Of a DNA stretch of 64,000 bases, positions 24,921-36,767 are shown piece after piece (positions within the stretch are counted from its first letter, which is position 1; every line of letters begins with the position of its first letter). The stretch covers positions 1 to 64,000 of the forward strand of contig OW569393.1 in assembly GCA_937625935.1 (NCBI GenBank), read 5' to 3'. The stretch is from Tetramitus jugosus. Lineage: Eukaryota; Protista; Heterolobosea. The notes beneath the pieces were generated by a model, which was given only the letters and a program-made list of their open reading frames with translations, made no database searches and was not told the origin of the DNA. The translations under genes and the position numbers were made by a program.

Positions 24921-25993
24921 CAATGTCAATTTATGTTGGAAGCTTCCTAGACAGAGGTAAGAGATGCGATAGAATCGACAACAGTCAAAGATCGGAACAA
25001 TTGGACGAATCGATTGTACAGATGGAGGAATTCCAGGCCTTTCAAGAAGAATAAGGAACTTTAGAAAATATTTGTCCCCCGTCTGTTGATGCCTTTGCAA
25101 ATTATTCTGGGAGAGGAGAGTCCTGAAAGAAGTCAGATATATGTTGATCGAGGAAGATATTTTCACTAACAGTGAATTATCACAAGAAGAAGAACAATAG
25201 GAAGGTTTAGTATTGAGTGAGGAAGAAAATTACTCTCAAAGTAATGAAGCACTAGAAGATGTAAATATAGAAGATGAACTGGAAAGTTTACTCGTTTATG
25301 ATTCATCGTTTAATACACCAACAATAATGAGTTTAGCCAGTTTATGGGAACTAACTGAAGATGAGAATACCAGTCAACATTCATATCGATACAAGCCTTA
25401 CTGATGTTATAAGCCCCACCATATCATGCTATTGTCCAGAAATTGAGTTCAATGGGTCCAATTACAGAATACCCTATTGTCCTCACTGTTTATCATGATG
25501 GCAATTCTTGTGTAAAAGCATCTAAAAAGAGTTTTTCCTCTTGTAAAATATCTATACTTCCAAAAACCACCCAAGTCAGGCATTTTGTTATCGAAAACGT
25601 AAATTTTGGACATAACTTTTCTTTTTATACCATTGGAAATAGCCTTCCTATGAGATGTTCTTTCTTTAAAGGGGCCTTGGTGTTGTACAATTTGTTTCAA
25701 AATCCTCATGAGACAAGAACCCAGTACCCTGTTTCTTCCATATTAGAGCACATTTGGCTGAAGTTGATTGAATAGGGCCCGTCGAGAAATTCCATTGCTC
25801 GATTGACCTCGCAACTCTTGCGAAGCAACTGATCCCTCTCATTCGTCAGTGGTGTACTCTGCATTGTAGTTTTTTTGTTTTCTTGGTTTGACCTCTGTGC
25901 TTGTGTCAAAACACCATGAAGACTTGAATGAGACTAGCTTTGATCAACATTTGAAGAAGCAAAAGATAAAAGTATACGAAAACGGAACCTTCA

Positions 25994-26454
25994 TTACAAA
26001 ATCAATTCCATAACATAATCTGTCATCTCCCATCTGAAAGACATGCTCACCAACAGATTCAAACTTATACTTGGTATAAAATTTTTGGGCTCTATGATTA
26101 TGCTCTCATACACCTGACCAGATGGTCTTACAACCTAATTCTTCACGAGCAATTCTCAAACACTCTTGCATTAGTCGGTGAGCAACCCCTCTTGAATGCC
26201 ATTCTTGAAGAACATAGAAGCGACAACTCAACCGTATCATTCTGTTTGTACGAAAGAAATGTGCATCAACAATTGTAAACGTTCTTCACGTAATGTTGTT
26301 GGAAGCAATCCTCTACAGCACACTAATCAACTACTTTCTTTCAGTATTTTGATTGTCAAAGGTGTCTCGATACATTTGGCAGGTAGCCGATGAGTGTGAG
26401 AGTGGCATCATCCTTTGTTGCCCTCCGAATGTGAAGTTGATTTGTGGGAGACAT
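25994..26454 (-). pseudogene. PaiA-like GNAT acetyltransferase pseudogene
   Basis: Manual translation: MSPTNQLHIRRATKDDA...RFYVLQEWHSRGVAHRLMQECLRIAREELGCKTIWSGV*EHNHRAQKFYTKYKFESVGEHVFQMGDD; TGA stands where Trp is expected; further frameshifts. Confidence 0.75.
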
Positions 26455-26879
26455 GCTTTCGTTTTTATTGTGGGAATCTTCACACAAAAACCTCTAGGTC
26501 ACCTACCCAACAAAAAGACAGATTTGATACTGGGGCCCAACAATTCTTCTGAGATGAACAATGCTAGGACAACGAACAGGAAAGTATAGTTCGGTGTTAA
26601 CATAATAATTGAAGAACCACTTGAACTGGGTGCAGCTGTACATAGTTCAGATGCAGCATCGCAGAAATCATTCATGAATTCCACAATCCTATCTCGTCGA
26701 AGTTACGGATATTCTTGTTACATGAAAAAAGAGGTCCCGACAGCATCAACATCTTTTTTTGGATCATGGACATCTGTGTCTATTGAATAGATCATCTATT
26801 GCTTGCAATTGTTGATAGTAGCCTTCTTTTTGATGTGTGTTCACTAAGAAGCCATCATACCTGCAAGCAAAACCAAAGC

Positions 26880-27803
26880 ATGTCATCATCTCACCACTTT
26901 CAAAGATCCAAGTTTCCATCACTCTCATCCTCCCGAGTCAAACTGGCACTTGGTCTCTTCATTGTTCTCATTGTTGTGACTTTTGTTTGGATTATAAACT
27001 ATCGTGACTCTGTAGATTCATTGAAAAAGGGGCATGAATCTCCCACCACTCTCGATCCACAACAGCAATCACCGGACTCGATTGCAGAAGCAACGGCGAA
27101 ACCAGAATACATTTACCATATAAACTTTGCTGATGGATGTTGCAAAGAAGCTCAGAAACGAAACTGCAAACTTGCGCAATCCAAGGGCGCTGTCGACAAG
27201 TGTCTCATGTTCGATATGAGCGCACTGGACAAGGAATTCAGAGAGAAGAACAAGGAAATCCTATCAAGGAAAAGAGGTGCTGGTTACTGGTTGTGGAAAC
27301 CGTACATCATTCTTCACACAATGGTCAATATTGCAAAGCCAGATGACTACATTGTATACACGGATTCTGACAGAGAGAACACGAAACCATTCATTGCCTC
27401 AAACAATAAGATCAAGAAATTGTTGGACACACAGAACATCGTCGTATTCCCAATGGGGTTGTCGGAAGGGAATTGGACAAAGCGAGATACATTTGTGTTG
27501 ATGGGAATGGACTCTGATCCAGAAGTCAAGTCCTCTGGGCAAATAAACGCTGCAATGGTAATTGTAAAGAACACCTTCAATGCTCAGAGATTCATTGGTG
27601 AATGGTTAACGTACATGCAGGATCCAAGAACGAGCACAGATGATGAAAATACGTTTGGATTGGCCAATGATCCAGGTTTCAAAGATCACAGACACGATCA
27701 AAGTGTGTTGAGTCTGTTGACCAAGAAGTGGAAATTGGAGTTGCAGGGATTGAAGGGTGATTGGCACGATTATTTGGTCAAGAACAAGTATGGACGCAAA
27801 TAA
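26880..27803 (+). CDS. Type II membrane putative glycosyltransferase (GYWLWKP / HRHDQS family)
   Basis: N-terminal TM helix; RGAGYWLWKPYII, YTDSD, DHRHDQSVLSLL. Confidence 0.75.
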   Translation: MSSSHHFQRSKFPSLSSSRVKLALGLFIVLIVVTFVWIINYRDSVDSLKKGHESPTTLDPQQQSPDSIAEATAKPEYIYHINFADGCCKEAQKRNCKLAQSKGAVDKCLMFDMSALDKEFREKNKEILSRKRGAGYWLWKPYIILHTMVNIAKPDDYIVYTDSDRENTKPFIASNNKIKKLLDTQNIVVFPMGLSEGNWTKRDTFVLMGMDSDPEVKSSGQINAAMVIVKNTFNAQRFIGEWLTYMQDPRTSTDDENTFGLANDPGFKDHRHDQSVLSLLTKKWKLELQGLKGDWHDYLVKNKYGRK

Positions 27804-28715
27804 GTCAAGTTCCTCCTTTTTGTAAAAAAGCAGTGGTCAAAGAACCAATGTTATCTCCTGTGACTTCTCGCTTAACTGATAGTAGTGGGGAACACAATGT
27901 TCACAAAGGGTCAGAAAGCCAACTACAATTTCATTGATCCAAAAGGAAGAACGTTAACTTTAATCAAAGGTTACCTGGATGTTGGCCTCTCCCAGCTTGA
28001 GGTCACTGTAAGAGATAAACAACGACCAGAGAGAAGACAGTTTCAAAAATCGTAGCAGCTAATCGAGAAACTTCATATCGTTGATTGTGTGACCTATAGG
28101 ATATGTTGTTAACAATTCATTTGTCCTTTTGCCAACACCCACGCTGCTGCGTTAACAAAACGGAATTTGTATGCCCTTTTATGGTTTCGAACCATTCATA
28201 GTGAACGTTTCCAAACATATGCACAACACGTAACATTTTCTTTGTAGTTCGATACAACCAGCCACTCATGATTGACGACACAGAACACTTCAACTTCGCT
28301 CCTCCATACTCACGTCACGAAGCGCTTGTGCTAGTGCCAGGAGTGTGGCGCTAGATCTTGGAAGGATCACAAACCAATTTTTGTGCCTTTCGGGCAAAAA
28401 TCATTCAATACGCCCCATTACCCAGGTTGGGAACACTTGGCCAAAAAAATTCCAAGACACAATCATTTTTTGGTAGTAGTCGCGCCGGGAAGATTAATTT
28501 GGATAATATCGTTGTGATGTGCCGCTATCACTCGAACTACGCCTGCCTTTTAAGTATCCACTCGTCTTTTTCGCAACTCCTTATCTTGTGACAGCTGTCA
28601 TCCGTCATCTACCCCATGGATATAAAATCGACACCCATAGGCATAGTTTTTTGAAACTACATTAACGACAAACCAACAACACCACTAACCTCCTTCAATA
28701 TATACACATAGTATC

Positions 28716-30923
28716 ATGTCCACGAACATGAAGAAACATATTATTACTCTGGTGATGACCATCATGGTTTCGCTCTTGCTCTTCTCTGTCACATCCACCA
28801 ATGCACAGTGCATTGGTGTAACAGGTTACACTACTGCTGGTTGTCCATCAGGAATTCTCCCAAACTCCACAAACATTATAGGATACTTTTCTGGTGATGC
28901 CTTTTATGAAGCTGGAAATAGTACTACCACTGTTCCAGGTGCTAGTATCTCTGCTGGCGGAAAGCTTGGCAATTACTTCCACTCACAAGGAGCTCTGGTC
29001 TTGGACTTTGGTAATTTGTTCGTAGATGATGATGGCATCAATACCATCTCCTTCTTTGCAAAGGTAGGATCTGTACATAACTGGACTGCGAATCCAACAG
29101 TCCCAGTGGCCACTTTCAAGGCAGATGCTGGAACTCGTAGCATCACTGTTCAATTGGTCTCTGCAACCCCCACCATCAATTTGGTTGTCAGTTACCTCGC
29201 TGCAGCCAATGAAACAACAACTTTTACGACGTCGTATGCCCTCTCTACAGATACAGTGTTCCATGAGAATTGGAACAATATTGTCATTGTGAGAGCCTCT
29301 AGTCCTCTGGCACCAGTCGAAGGAGTTTCCATTTTCATCAACGGAAAGCCAACTACTAATGGGATGCTCATTACTGATGGCGATGCTCTACAGAGAACAT
29401 TTGCCATTGATGCAACTGGTCACTTGTTTGGAAGTGCTTTTGCCTACATTGATGAAGTTTCTGTCTGGAGCAACTCTGTGCTCGAACTAGATGTTCCAAC
29501 TATTGCAGGTATCTATGCGAATGGCTATTGCATAGGTTGGGAATCACAGTATGGTGGTCCAGATCCAACTTTCGCTGCTACATACGCCAATGACGTTCTT
29601 ACCATTGATGTCACTGTTCCAAAGAGCTCTTATCAAACAGTGCTGTACAGAATTGACAACACACCTAACCTGAGAGATGTGTGTTTGACAAATGCAGACA
29701 GTTTTACAACCAGTGCTGGTGCCAGCTGGGCTGCTGATCCAGAGCAAAAGTGTAGTCAAACATTCTCTTTGGCTCAAACTCTGACTCAAATCTATACTGG
29801 TACTGCACCAAATCAGTGGGTTGTCTCTCTGACACAAGGAGGTAGAACCATTGATCAGAGATTGGACATTTATGTCACCTACTCTATCATCAACCGCGAT
29901 GCATGTTACACTGTGTCTTCAAAGGTTACCATTACTCTTCAGACATATCTGACTGCTCAGGCATCAACAAACTTTACCACTTTGGATGACCAAGCATCTT
30001 TTGCGATTACCAACATGTTCATCAACACAAATGAGGAATTGGAAATTGACGGTGCTCTGATCAGGAAACTCTCGGGTGTCTCATTCAACAACATTCTCCT
30101 CACCAGAGTGGCCAACAACGTTTCATATACTGGTTCAAGCACTGAGTGTACCTATCCAACTGGAAACTCTTGTGCTCTGACATTCACCAAGGACTGGAAA
30201 CTGTTGAACAGTGGCCAGAGAGGTGTTGGTGGAGATCACTCTTTGACCTTCAACAGAGTGAATGGTGGTCCACTCGAGATTGATTTCACAATGAGCTACA
30301 CTGTTCCAGCCCAACCTGCTATTATCTCAGGAGACACACTCTCCTCTGTCATCACATTCTCTGCTCCTGATTCTATTTTCAGAACACAGGACACAATGCA
30401 GGTGACAAACAATTTGGATGGAACACCTACTCTGCCAACAAACTTCGATTTCACCTTTGTTGAAGGATACTTTTGCTGTGTTCGTTCTCCAAATGCATTG
30501 CCAGTTTATGGAGTGAATGGAAATGGTTGTCAAAGTGCAGTTCTTGGTAGAAACAACGTTGTTGAGAAGACACATTTGGTCCTTGGTTCCACTGGTCTAA
30601 CTGTGACGCAAAAAGTGGTTCAAAAATCATATACTCTGGACCTGGTTTTGAACAACATGATCACAGTGAGCAGAAAGCCATTGCAAAATCCATTGACATG
30701 CGGATTACTCCTCTTCTCCAACTTCACTGACACCGCACTTGCTAGATCCGTCAAAATGGTAGCCGATATTGATTTGCGTACAGCCAAGGTGACTACCACA
30801 AGTGTTCTAAGCATTCAAGATGTTGATACTCGAAAGGTCAACGGCAGTTCCCAGAACAAGAGCAACAGTTTGTTGATTGTTGCATTATCCGTTGTTGGTT
30901 CTATTGTTGCTCTGTTGCTTTAA
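28716..30923 (+). CDS. Secreted or cell-surface protein with a LamG/concanavalin-like domain and hydrophobic C-terminal anchor
   Basis: Signal peptide; WNNIVIV...IFING...YIDEVSVWS LamG-like pattern; hydrophobic tail (GPI signal or TM). Confidence 0.75.
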   Translation: MSTNMKKHIITLVMTIMVSLLLFSVTSTNAQCIGVTGYTTAGCPSGILPNSTNIIGYFSGDAFYEAGNSTTTVPGASISAGGKLGNYFHSQGALVLDFGNLFVDDDGINTISFFAKVGSVHNWTANPTVPVATFKADAGTRSITVQLVSATPTINLVVSYLAAANETTTFTTSYALSTDTVFHENWNNIVIVRASSPLAPVEGVSIFINGKPTTNGMLITDGDALQRTFAIDATGHLFGSAFAYIDEVSVWSNSVLELDVPTIAGIYANGYCIGWESQYGGPDPTFAATYANDVLTIDVTVPKSSYQTVLYRIDNTPNLRDVCLTNADSFTTSAGASWAADPEQKCSQTFSLAQTLTQIYTGTAPNQWVVSLTQGGRTIDQRLDIYVTYSIINRDACYTVSSKVTITLQTYLTAQASTNFTTLDDQASFAITNMFINTNEELEIDGALIRKLSGVSFNNILLTRVANNVSYTGSSTECTYPTGNSCALTFTKDWKLLNSGQRGVGGDHSLTFNRVNGGPLEIDFTMSYTVPAQPAIISGDTLSSVITFSAPDSIFRTQDTMQVTNNLDGTPTLPTNFDFTFVEGYFCCVRSPNALPVYGVNGNGCQSAVLGRNNVVEKTHLVLGSTGLTVTQKVVQKSYTLDLVLNNMITVSRKPLQNPLTCGLLLFSNFTDTALARSVKMVADIDLRTAKVTTTSVLSIQDVDTRKVNGSSQNKSNSLLIVALSVVGSIVALLL

Positions 30924-31686
30924 TCGTTGCCAAGAGGAGCCAAGCCAACCGGTTGGAGATGATGGACCAACCACTGCCTAGATGAGAAAAACAACCTGAC
31001 GAAAATTCATGGAAATTAATAAAGTCGGAACATCACGATTTATTTACAATAATTCTACTCGGGTTGAACCACTATTGTTGCTGTGGTTGTTGCTGTTGAG
31101 AAATGGCATAAGCACCTTCATCGATTGTATGTGCCACGAAAGATCCAGCGAGTCGTCGAGTGGGATCAACGATTTTAGAGACAAATGGAACTTTCATTTT
31201 CATTCCACCTCTCACTCCTGAGGCTATGAGAGGAGAGACAGAGTAGTGGTACGATGGTTGTTGATTGGAGATTGGATTGTTGGCATCTAAAGTGGCTTGA
31301 TGAGCCGTTCGAGAAAGAAATCCCATCGCATTGCTTCCCCACTCTGGTAACCTTTTCAAATCACTGAGAGAGTGACGACGACCATGATAAGTAGTTGGTG
31401 GTGTTGGTTGTTGTGCTTGTTGCTGTTGGATCATATCAAAGGATGTTTTGAAGGGTATAATTGGTATTACCAAATTGTTGGTGTATTCGAGATCTTTTTG
31501 TTGAAGTTGACCTCAAAATGTTCTAAACATATCATTGTATCATTTGAGTGAAGGTTTGTTGTATTTTTTGTGGTATGTCAACTCCGACGAACGCCCAGCT
31601 TATTGTACAGTTCACTAGGTTTGATCAGTCAAGGTGATACGTTGTATCACCAGGTTTAGTTGTTGGTAATCATGAGCAAGCAGATC

Positions 31687-32184
31687 TCAATCAACTGTTA
31701 ATCCAAACTGGTCATGCCAATCAGCGATACCAATGTCAGGATATCCCGAAAGTACTCGGTCTTGAGATTCATTCTTCTTCAATACAGTGACCCAACTCGT
31801 TTTTGAATCGACCATAAAATGTAAAAGATGTGGAGGTTCAGGTAAATCTGTGTCTATAGAGCTTGCATAAGGATAAACCCACTCTTTCCACTGTTCAGAA
31901 TAGGTCCAAAGATGGGAACCACATTCACCACAAAACTGTCTCTGTAGGTGTGATGGAGACACGGTGTTATCGGTAGATTTGATGGGAGCTCTGAATATTT
32001 TAATCAAGTCCTCTCCTTGTGAGACTTTAAGTGAATTGTATTCTCCCATGATGTTTATTCCTGTACCGGAGCTTCCACCTGTTTTACGACAAATGCTGCA
32101 GTAGCACACGTTGAAAGGGTACGGTGTATGGCTCTCAAGGTGAAATTTTACTTGGTGACAAGCACAACTACCTTCTAATTTCAT
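31687..32184 (-). CDS. GFA / CENP-V family zinc protein
   Basis: GSCAC, CYCSICRK, FCGECGSHL. Confidence 0.9.
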   Translation of the reverse strand: MKLEGSCACHQVKFHLESHTPYPFNVCYCSICRKTGGSSGTGINIMGEYNSLKVSQGEDLIKIFRAPIKSTDNTVSPSHLQRQFCGECGSHLWTYSEQWKEWVYPYASSIDTDLPEPPHLLHFMVDSKTSWVTVLKKNESQDRVLSGYPDIGIADWHDQFGLTVD

Positions 32185-32811
32185 TGTATTGTTTGTTTGA
32201 AGTACATTGTTCGTTCTGATCTGATCAGGTAATTGGGTTTCAGATCATCTAAAAATGGAATAGAACAAAAAACATGTACTCACCACCGGTCAAGTTCGAG
32301 GACCAGAAACAGGTATCGAACCTGAGGAGGCAAAGTATTCGCGATTGAACCCTGAAATCATTCATCACTATCTCGATTGTCACGAGTGTTCTTACTTAGG
32401 ATCTCCAACCAAAGGCCTCTGTGAGATTATCAAACCAGTTAAATATATTGTTTCATGCGAAATCTGGAATAGACTATAGTTTGAGCTGATTTTACGACCT
32501 TAACTGTTCGTTCGACGGTCAGAACGTATTATTCCACTGTTTGGAAGTTTGTTGAAGAGAATTATGATAAGATCAGCTTTGACCTTGTTGTTATTGCTCC
32601 TTCTTAGTTGAACTATGGACCTATTGATCACAGTGACGAGTACTGAACCAATGGGTGGATGAATCTTCTGTGATTTGTATGAATTCCACTTTTGTGATAA
32701 TTGTTTGTGGATTGCTCCTGTTCAGTGTATGATTTCCCTCAAATTAGCAATGCTATCAGTGATATTATTGCACTTTAATAATTCATGCCATCAAATTCGT
32801 CCGTTATTTTT

Positions 32812-33230
32812 GCGGAAATCTTAAAAGCAGGAAGGGAAACCTTATGCGCAGTAAACCTGAGAAACAGTAACTTTACTGCCAGGAAAGCAGTAAAATAGTT
32901 AACGTATCTGCAATCAACAGATACGAAAGCTAAAAACAATATCAAGATCGTTTCTAATTTAATGAATAAACAACAGCTTCGCTCCTACATATCCAACAAT
33001 TTCAACCGTATACGCTTCATTACTCTTCAGTATGATGATGACGAATTAGAAAGAATTAGAGTACGACATTCCCCAACACAGCTCTCTGATATGCGTAGTA
33101 GAAGCAAGTAGTAGTTTTGCTTTATAAAATTTCTGCTTTTCATCTTTTATGACTGCCTTTCAGTCAGTAAAGTTACTGCTTTTCAAAATTCCTGTTTTTC
33201 CGTTTCCGTTACTGCCTTTCATCTCCCTGC
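32812..33230. mobile_element. Non-autonomous MULE-type MITE (419 bp), 9-bp TSD GTTATTTTT
   Basis: TSD at 32803-32811 and 33231-33239; reverse complement of the right end GCAGGGAGATGAAAGGCAGTAACG resembles the TIR of the 15887-19179 MULE; several GCAGTAA/TTACTGC subterminal repeats. Confidence 0.85.
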
Positions 33231-33527
33231 GTTATTTTTTACCAACAATGTATGGCCGGTCATTCGATAGGGGTCCGAAACAACACATAATCGATTCATG
33301 AGTCCTTCCTTGTATGTATACAAGAGGCGATTGGTCGTTTCGGATTGGACAGAATGAATTTAATTACCCAATTTAATCCAAAGAAGGAAGGCACCCTATG
33401 CCACTTTTTTAAACAATCCTCCGAGGGCTTCCCATTTTTGTTCATCAGATAGAGACGGAGTGAAACGGCTGTAGATGAAGCTTTATGACGTACGTACATT
33501 AGACAATAAAACAAAGAAACTATACTC

Positions 33528-35309
33528 ATGTGGTTGAGTTCTAAGAGTAAGATAAAATGGCTAGTAACCCTGTGGTTAGTCCTTTCAGTGTCAATCCATT
33601 TCTTATTGTTGTCAAGGTCTCAACCAAAACCATACACCACCAAGAAAACAACCTACGAACTTCTTGAACCGGTTACAAGACATTCTCCAAGGATCGATGA
33701 TTCTGCCAATGCTCCAACACAGGTGAAGCTAGAACAACAACAATTTGTGGTGGAAGAACAACCACAAATTTCAAAGTACAATACTTATCCACCAAGAATC
33801 ATTCATGACAATTCTTGTTCTCATGGTTTACTGTTATGGAAGTCTCCCAAGGGTCTTCTGAACATTTGGTCACCCAGTCTCCGACAAGCAACGAACAGTA
33901 GCTTTGAAAGAAGCAGTGAATTTTATTGTTCTTGTCCAAGAGGATATGATCAGTATGGTTGTACCAAGAGCAATCAAGAATTGAACATTCCATCGTTTCA
34001 GTTGGTTCGTTGCTCTTTTGGATGGGGAAAACTAGAATACTCACAGTTAGTAAGATTTGATGAAAATTATCAGAAGTCAAATCATCTAAAAGAAATGGAG
34101 ATACTTTTCAGTAGGTACCTTCATAATCGATATCATGGTGGAGTGTTGGTTCCCCTAATTGAAAACCAAACCATTACTCATACCATGAAGGAGGATGAAT
34201 TTACACCAGAGAATCCGGTGGATCAGTTTTTCCTTTATTTGGCTTTGAATAACACTGGATGGGATGATTATGACAGTTTGATGATTAATTTACTGTTGAA
34301 CTATAATCAAAAAGTGTTTTATGCAGCTGAGTCATTGCTCACTGGCGAGACGTCTAAGAGCGATTGGTTCAATGGAAAATCCACAGTTCTAGGTAAAATT
34401 CTCTATACGTTCATGTTTAGCAAGTGTGAGGCATTGAGCGTCATTGAATACATGTTGAACGTAATGTACACCACTGATCATTACTATGTGTTGTTCTTGT
34501 CAGAAAACATGAACAAATGTCGAAGACAGGTGGAAGATGTCGTTGAGAAACTACGACTCGGCAATAGTGAAGCGACCAACATCCGAATTGTTCCTCAAAA
34601 CCTCTCGTTTAAAAGTTTTAGAGCACATGTTACGCTTGTGTACATGAACATTGTTCCTGTCATTTATAGTTTACTCAATGGAATGACAGACTGGAGTCAT
34701 GAAGTCAATTTATCGGAGTCACATTTCCCATTGACATCCTCTGATCAATTCTCTCAATACTTACGGAATCAAACATTGCTCCAAACCTTTGTAAGAACAA
34801 ATCACCCGGAACCCTATGCGAGATACAAGTATATCTCGCACTCGTGTGTCACAATTGATGTGTTGAGCGAAACATTTGGTGCTCAAGATATCATACCCGT
34901 CGGAGGTTCTCAATGGAAGATTTGGTCCAATATTCAATGGAGATCGACGTTGAGTAGTGTTACGGCTTTGAACACACTGTTCAAATTCAAGTATTCTACT
35001 ATTCCTGATGAATTGTTTTTCTCAACCATGACAAACACGTTTTCCATCTTGCATACTGGTAATTCATCGATACCTGTGCTCATGGTGGATGGAACTCGAA
35101 TAATATTGTCTGGCTTAGTGAATGAACCGGATAATTTGACGTATCTGAAATGGGTTCATGGAATAGGTAGTCCGATGCCAATCACAGACGAATACCGAGC
35201 AGAAGTAATTGAGTATGCAAAATCTGGAAAGTTGTTCTTTGCTCGAAAGATGATGGATGTCCAGATGGCCAAGAACATCACACAAACACTTGGTTTTGCC
35301 AAAGCTTAA
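33528..35309 (+). CDS. GT14 (core-2/I-branching, xylosyltransferase-like) glycosyltransferase
   Basis: N-terminal TM; VNLSESHFPL, GGSQW, IPDELFFST and FFARK motifs. Confidence 0.8.
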   Translation: MWLSSKSKIKWLVTLWLVLSVSIHFLLLSRSQPKPYTTKKTTYELLEPVTRHSPRIDDSANAPTQVKLEQQQFVVEEQPQISKYNTYPPRIIHDNSCSHGLLLWKSPKGLLNIWSPSLRQATNSSFERSSEFYCSCPRGYDQYGCTKSNQELNIPSFQLVRCSFGWGKLEYSQLVRFDENYQKSNHLKEMEILFSRYLHNRYHGGVLVPLIENQTITHTMKEDEFTPENPVDQFFLYLALNNTGWDDYDSLMINLLLNYNQKVFYAAESLLTGETSKSDWFNGKSTVLGKILYTFMFSKCEALSVIEYMLNVMYTTDHYYVLFLSENMNKCRRQVEDVVEKLRLGNSEATNIRIVPQNLSFKSFRAHVTLVYMNIVPVIYSLLNGMTDWSHEVNLSESHFPLTSSDQFSQYLRNQTLLQTFVRTNHPEPYARYKYISHSCVTIDVLSETFGAQDIIPVGGSQWKIWSNIQWRSTLSSVTALNTLFKFKYSTIPDELFFSTMTNTFSILHTGNSSIPVLMVDGTRIILSGLVNEPDNLTYLKWVHGIGSPMPITDEYRAEVIEYAKSGKLFFARKMMDVQMAKNITQTLGFAKA

Positions 35310-35794
35310 AGACCAGAGAATAACCAGGATAGCAACAGAGAATAATTGTGTAAGAGGTAGGCTGACTGTTCTTGAAGACAAAATCTCGTCCGCTATCACC
35401 AATTGAGTTCAATTGCAATTTGAAGTTACAATATATTTAGCCCTTTTAGTAGGAATGCAATAAACGATAATTTACTCCACACTCACAACAACTTCGATCA
35501 AATACAACCGAGAGAATCCATCTTACTGAAAATGATGTAACACTTGAAACCTGTAGGAAAAGAATTGATTGCTCCATGATGAACATTTTACCACCAATTA
35601 TTACCTTAATTGTTCCGTTCGTTCATCATGAAAGTATTTCGAGTCGAAATATGTCGCCTTTCCCTTTACCCGAATCAAAGTATGTCCTATTAAGTGACAG
35701 CATATGACATTGGATGTGTACATAAAACCCGTTCTCCTTGCCGATCGTAAACTCTCACACGCTGATCTACTCTCATTTGTTGAGCAACTCCTGC

Positions 35795-36652
35795 CTACTT
35801 CCCGAGTTTGTGAATACCTATCAGATGAGAGAAGGCTTGGTCTGTGACCTTGCAACCATACATTAAGAGCGTATGAATGCCAGTCAAGTGACAAAATCCA
35901 TCACCTGTAATCGTCTTGCAATAACTCATATCGAGTGTGTGAATACCAACCAAGTGACGGAACACATCGTCAGTGATTTGATTGCATTCACTCATATCGA
36001 GTGTGTGAATTCCAGTCAAATAAGAAAATGCATTGTCTGAGATATGGTAACAACCTCCCATATTGAGTGTATGAATACCCGACAAGTGAGAAAACGCATC
36101 GGTCGTGATATTCTGGCAAAGACCAATATCAAGTGTGTGAATTCCAGCTAAATGAGAAATTGAATTGTCTGTGATTGATGTTTGATTACAGCCACTCATA
36201 TCGAGTGAGTGAATACCACCACCTCTCAAATAAGAGAATGCATTATCTGTGATATTGTTGCAATAACTCATGTCAAGTGTGTGAACTCCTTCCAAGAATT
36301 GGAAATGTTCATCCATCACATATGAATGCTTGTTCAATTGAACATTAAACAGTGTTCCTTTTGCCAATCGAAACCAGTATTCAATTTCTTGTTCATTCAA
36401 ATTTCGTTTGAGTGTTCTCTTTTTGTTGCACATGAGCAATCGATTGAATTTGAATTGATTGATTCCTTTGCAAGTGTAACTCAATTGCAACCACTCTGTC
36501 GTGTCACAAAAGTCAATGATTTTCAGCCATAGATCCCTACAAAGTGCAGAACCAATTTCAATTTCATCATCCTCTTTCATTCTTGTTTCATCATCTCCAT
36601 TCTGAGGAGGCTCTTTCTTCAACCTGAACAACCGTTTCACAATGCTCTTCAT
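35795..36652 (-). CDS. F-box plus leucine-rich repeat protein
   Basis: LCRDLWLKIIDFC...LSYTCK (F-box-like); tandem GIHTLDMSxCxxITDxAFxHL repeats. Confidence 0.85.
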   Translation of the reverse strand: MKSIVKRLFRLKKEPPQNGDDETRMKEDDEIEIGSALCRDLWLKIIDFCDTTEWLQLSYTCKGINQFKFNRLLMCNKKRTLKRNLNEQEIEYWFRLAKGTLFNVQLNKHSYVMDEHFQFLEGVHTLDMSYCNNITDNAFSYLRGGGIHSLDMSGCNQTSITDNSISHLAGIHTLDIGLCQNITTDAFSHLSGIHTLNMGGCYHISDNAFSYLTGIHTLDMSECNQITDDVFRHLVGIHTLDMSYCKTITGDGFCHLTGIHTLLMYGCKVTDQAFSHLIGIHKLGK

Positions 36653-36767
36653 CCTGTTTTTGATTCTTCTTGAGCGGAACTGGACGAAAAGAACTTTTCA
36701 TTTCCATTTGCTAATTATACGATCGATTCAAAAATCTCCGACTTCGAAAACAAAACCAAAGCTGAGT

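Noticed and set aside
31633-31651. Perfect hairpin GGTGATAC-GTT-GTATCACC
   Set aside because: Single isolated copy near the GFA 3' end; no supporting context
32300-32330. Minus-strand CAGG-TTCGATA-CCTG resembling a tRNA T-arm / B-box
   Set aside because: No acceptor, D or anticodon arms can be built around it
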